Assembly (NCBI GenBank): GCA_965637545.1
Contig: OZ281497.1
Location: forward strand, 20,708,001 to 20,772,000
From: Phallusia mammillata
Lineage: Eukaryota
Length of the DNA stretch: 64,000 nt
Direction of reading: 5' to 3'
The notes under the pieces were generated by a model. The model was not told where the DNA came from, did no database searches, and worked only from the letters and a program-made list of their open reading frames with translations. Made by a program: the position numbers and the translations under genes. How positions within the stretch are numbered: position 1 is the stretch's first letter; every line of letters begins with the position of its first letter. This document shows, piece by piece, positions 59,801-64,000 of this stretch.

Positions 59801-60555
59801 TTGTTTTCTGGATACTGGTTTACAGCGGTTGCAGGTTTTTGTAAGCTTCAAGTATATGAGTATCAAAAAAGAACTATCTAATTGTGTAAGTCATTCCAAT
59901 CCCTTAAACAGGCGCTTTGCATACAATCACATCCTTCTTTGAGCCAGTTGGCATATTTTGTTACATTCCTTATCAAACGGTTACTTATTATATCATGACC
60001 TGTGTCTTTTTGCGCGAGAACAGGTTAATCTTAATGGGTGCAGCGTCGTCATTGCACATATTTGCTGGTTACGCTGGTGGGGTTAGAAGTTTACATCCAC
60101 AGCCTACCACTCGCTCAATCGAATGACGGCTTGAGTATGTTTTTCACTGTATTGTTTTAACATAAGGATTTCCACAAAACTGGTGCAAAATTCGTGAAAT
60201 TGTGAAATCTCGTTTCAAAATTGGTTGGGAAGGCCTATTGTTTTCCCAATTTTTGGTTTGTCGTCCTGCGTAACATTTATTTAACTTCGGTTGCTGCACA
60301 CCACTGTTGGACTTGATACTTGTTTTGTCAAATTTTGTGAACAAGCAGAAACTACTTTACACGCTAATTTTCCATTCATCCCAAATGCTCTGCCTTACTA
60401 GTATTTACATTTTTTCAGCACTCCCAACTCACAATGCAAGCACTTCAAGATGAACTTCGAGCGCAACGCGACCTCAACCAACTTTTGCAGGATGATTACG
60501 CTTCCGGGCAGCGATCCGACCCCAGCCTCTTTTCGGGAATCAGCGGCGATTCAAG
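47852..60555 (+). CDS. ERC1: ERC/ELKS/CAST active-zone coiled-coil protein, first six coding exons (3' part not found, probably beyond the window)
   Basis: Exons 47852-47947, 55839-55966, 56267-56433, 56695-56780, 56890-57033, 60419-60555 are phase-compatible. They reconstruct GKTLSMENIQ|SLNAAY, MASTPNLS, ESKLQSNMNSIKTFWSPELKKERSLRKEE and TMQALQDELRAQRDLNQL. It could be a single co-ortholog of ERC1 and ERC2. Confidence 0.92.
48104..48578. mobile_element. hAT (Buster/Charlie-type) MITE
   Basis: TIR CAGGGGTCTCAAAC / GTTTGAGACCCCTG; TSD TTATATAC / TTATGTAC (7 of 8). Confidence 0.88.
49784..54536 (-). CDS. Class A (rhodopsin-like) GPCR, GPR84-like, 10 exons, ~672 aa, very long third intracellular loop
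   Basis: Exons (minus) 54536-54425, 54062-53860, 53237-53110, 52844-52753, 52428-52356, 52180-52020, 51884-51768, 51545-50729, 50568-50451, 49981-49784 are phase-compatible (2019 nt). Motifs: GN in TM1, LQTSFNILIANL, TM3 Cys and AINRY, ECL2 Cys, CILP in TM6, NPIIY in TM7. The GPR84 affinity comes from recalled similarity (KLRTRFNLLIANL, long ICL3). Confidence 0.9.
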
Positions 60556-63500
60556 GTTGGTTTCCCGCCCAAATCAAACAAAACTTTACTAGTTACTGGA
60601 AGTGCGTGGGGGGTAAAATTGGCAAGGCGTCGATAGAAGGTGGTTTGTTGTTTTGACCGAGTGAAGTGAAACGTTGCCACATACACCCACGTCTGAAACC
60701 AACCAACCTGTACATTCTATTTCTGGTGCATGCTGTACATTCCATCTCTTAACCAAATTGGGTCATAAATTGTTGGTACAATTGCAGCCAAGATTTTGGC
60801 TTCTTAAACGTATTGTTCTTGAGCCCTGGTAAACAAAATTGAAACTATTCCTTTGACAGTGTTATACTGTACTGTACAGTAGTAGTACATGAGATAAAAA
60901 GCAGTAACCCTCAAAACTCCTATATCCTAAGTTTTGATAGCTTTAACTTAGATTACATACTAAAACCGGTTTCAGCTGTTTAGTAGCTCTGTGTAATCAA
61001 CGTAAATGTTTTTTGTGATCGTGTGTTCGATAAATCGTTGTCGCGAGGCCGGTTGGGCCCAACCAAGTCCCGTTGTTGGAGTTGCTTTTAAACACTTGCT
61101 TATGATTGTAACTGTGGCTTGCATCACGGTTACGTGTACGTCACTTGATTTACTTCCTATTAGTAATCAATTGTATGATGGTGCATTAATAAAAACCAGG
61201 ACAATGAATACTCGAAGCTATAATTTCTTTAAAGGCTAAGTTAAACAATGCAGTCAAGGTTTGAAAATGCAAATTTTGGGATAAATGCGCTTTTCTATAT
61301 GGCACCATTAATATAAGGCTATCACCTGTTAGTCTTATGACTGGTATGGCTATTTAAAGAAGTTAACCCCCTTGTATCATTAAATTGCTTTAAGTTGAGT
61401 TGTAGCTTGCCTGATGTACCAACTTCCTATCTTTGTTTTTATTAGATCTTTAGACGCAAATAGCTGTAAAAAAACAGCAACACAGAACGTGGCACGAAAA
61501 AAAAATCCCATTTGCGTGCAACGCCCGTTACGCAATGCGAAGCCGAAATGTTAAAACTTTTGAAAGTAACGTCGACATTTATACCCGACGCACGCACAGC
61601 AAACCCTAACACGGAAATTTGCGCCGTCATATTGACATTAACGTCAGCGAATTCTTGCCAAGAAAAATTGCCAACTCCACGTTATACTTCTGGTATTTTA
61701 CATGACCCTTGGTGTAACAGTTTTAGCTCGTGCCAGATGGAAGTGCAAAGGGTTTGCATAAGTCACATAGTAAAATAAGATTAATAATATGACACTTGCT
61801 GTTGCTGTGTTTTTGTACTATCAATGCCCTTCCATCTGGCACAAGCTGAAACTGTCCTTCCTTCCTCCTTGTTAGATTAAAACTCTACATAACCTTTTGT
61901 CGAACTGTTTCTCTCCTTTAAATCGGGTCTTTGAATGGGACACTTGCATTTTCATTGTCTTTATGGCCCATATTTTAAAGCAACGAAACAGTTATCGAAA
62001 TATTTTCTGGATCCCGATTAATATTAAGCTGATGTCTTCTGATATGCCTCGGTCCAGGATTTGTGTTTTTACATTCACAAATACCAGCTGCACAGGAGGT
62101 TACAAGTTTAAATAAAAACTATCACAGGGCGATACGCACATGCCATGCACTGCCTGTTGTTATATTCGGGAACCCCAATAACAATCCACAACTTTAAAGA
62201 GCAAACAACAATAAAATTTGCTTGTCACCTAGTGTTTTTAATTTGTCCTCCATTGAAAAACAGTCCACATTTGTGACACGCGAACTTTACGTGGTAAATA
62301 ATTTTAATCACGCGACGATGTACGTATGGATGCTCTTTAGTGACGCAATCGCAGACAAAGCAAATAAACTGAATTGTTGATCGAGTCGAATCGGCATTGC
62401 GCGCGGACGTCACTAGCTGCTTTGAGCCGAAGATCTACCAAAATTATATACTTTGCTGGGAAGTTCTCTTGGACATTTTTTAAACTTTAAATCCAACCAA
62501 TTTGACCACCTTTTGCAACATTGCTAGCAATGGGCTTCCGCCACTAATTGCCACCGTTGATAAGGGTCATTATTTTTTTGGTGGAGAAACGTCGCTTTCC
62601 ATACTTTTACCCGCCAAGGCCAGGGAATTTCAAACTTTTTTTTAGCAAACGGACAAAAGAATAACAAGTGAGAAACACATAACAAGACATATCGTAGATC
62701 TCAAATTAAAAAGAGTTCCAAGCTAGCCCCAAGATGTAACATTATAGCATGGCAAGGAATGGGTGTAATGCGTTTTCATAAGCGAATTTACGTGCGCTTA
62801 GTGGCCGAAAGAACTAACCGCTGGCCATTATTTGGCGTTTTCATTGTAATTTTGTAATGCTTGTTATGGATCAAAATTAATTCTGCGATAATAGGGGTTC
62901 TTTAATAAAAACAACCACTAGCATTGCCCAAGCAAGACCACCTTAACAGCATCCAAAGGACATACTGGTAAAATATACCCTTGCAATGATTGCTAGCTGA
63001 ACTATAACTGAAACAATTCTTGTTAACTCGTATGTACAGCCAAAGCATTGATGTCAAAATGCAGTGGTATTGGGGGAAAATATCCTGTAAAAACTGATTA
63101 TTTTAGAAACTGTTGTAAACCACGTTGAACTCCTGGTGCAAAATTTTGTCTGTAATGATATAGTTTAGCGGTTCGTGTTGTTGTTGTGTTTGTTTTGACA
63201 CTCTTGCGTTGTTTGTGTCACAGTGCAACAGCGTCCATACAATTTGCGCTCTAGGGTTCACGGCAGGACGGCTTTCCAGTGTTTTCTTCGCCACCGTTGC
63301 CGTGTTTAGCATATTTCTGAAATGCGATTGATTTTTTCGCTTTTTCTCGGTAACCAATTATTAGCATTGGACAGACCTACACGCTTTTTAAACTAAAAAA
63401 TGCAATATTTCCTTGTACATTGACGCACTGACATTTACACAAGCAGAACTTTGTTTTAACGCATTACCGCCTATAGTCTCTGTTCAGGCAAGATTGGCGC

Positions 63501-64000
63501 TAGGTTTATCCTCAATTAATAACTAATTAAATAAAAGTCGAAAATCTATGTAAATTGCGTCTGGATTGCAAAATCCCCAAACGACGTGCATATCTGATGT
63601 TTAAGCCGCGATCCTTGTTTTTTCTATACTGACCTTTGCTCCGTTGAAAGTCGTCATGGCCCGTTACAAATTAATATAATTTGGACGGTCACGCACATCG
63701 TGACAAATGCATAAAACTGAATTCGTGAATTGACTTTTTTACTTACGTTTGTGTTTTTTTACTTACGTTTGTTTTTGTGCAGTCACCGCACATTTATTTG
63801 AAATCTGGGGATTTTGTTTCCACAGATTTACTGAAGTTTGTGTGTAAGCCCATAGGCGCTACAAATGTCGGAACACTTTCTATATCTAAACAGATGTTTG
63901 GCGCGAAATAACTGTAAAAAATAGAAAATTAATTTAACAAACCTTTTTGGGGTATTTCCGAATTAGTTTTCGGAAGTTTTTGGAACATCTATAGTAATTT

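Noticed and set aside
60556-64000. Further ERC exons (e.g., candidates at ~61446 and ~63829) or other genes
   Set aside because: No ERC-like coiled-coil sequence or recognisable domain in the short ORFs; treated as intron with unclassified repeat fragments.

Overview
AT-rich, intron-rich animal genomic DNA; probably an invertebrate chordate such as an ascidian (inferred from gene structure and TE content, not proven). I assembled six host genes by hand from splice sites and recalled protein motifs: EOGT (-, runs off the left edge), an intronless p55-family MAGUK (-), a divergent NDUFB11 (+), a 22-exon neutral ceramidase of about 1057 aa with an unusually long acidic cytosolic tail and mucin stalk (+), ERC/ELKS/CAST (+, continues past the last exon found), and a 10-exon GPR84-like class A GPCR nested antisense in the first coding intron of ERC. 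About 11 kb of mobile DNA lies between the head-to-head MAGUK/EOGT and NDUFB11 starts. It comprises an internally deleted Gmr1-type (PR-IN-RT order) gypsy element with near-identical LTRs and a tRNA-Pro PBS, and a 7.76-kb foldback-armed Mutator element (9-bp TSD) carrying DDE-SWIM-Ulp1-PHD remnants. One arm of the Mutator element holds a CR1/L2-type LINE whose ORF2 is open but lacks the catalytic YADD motif. A ceramidase intron holds a decayed IS3-like DDE transposon that carries an alpha-kinase gene. Several hAT MITEs with 8-bp TSDs and a near-perfect 70-nt hairpin are also present. No database searches were run; family calls rest on recognised motifs.
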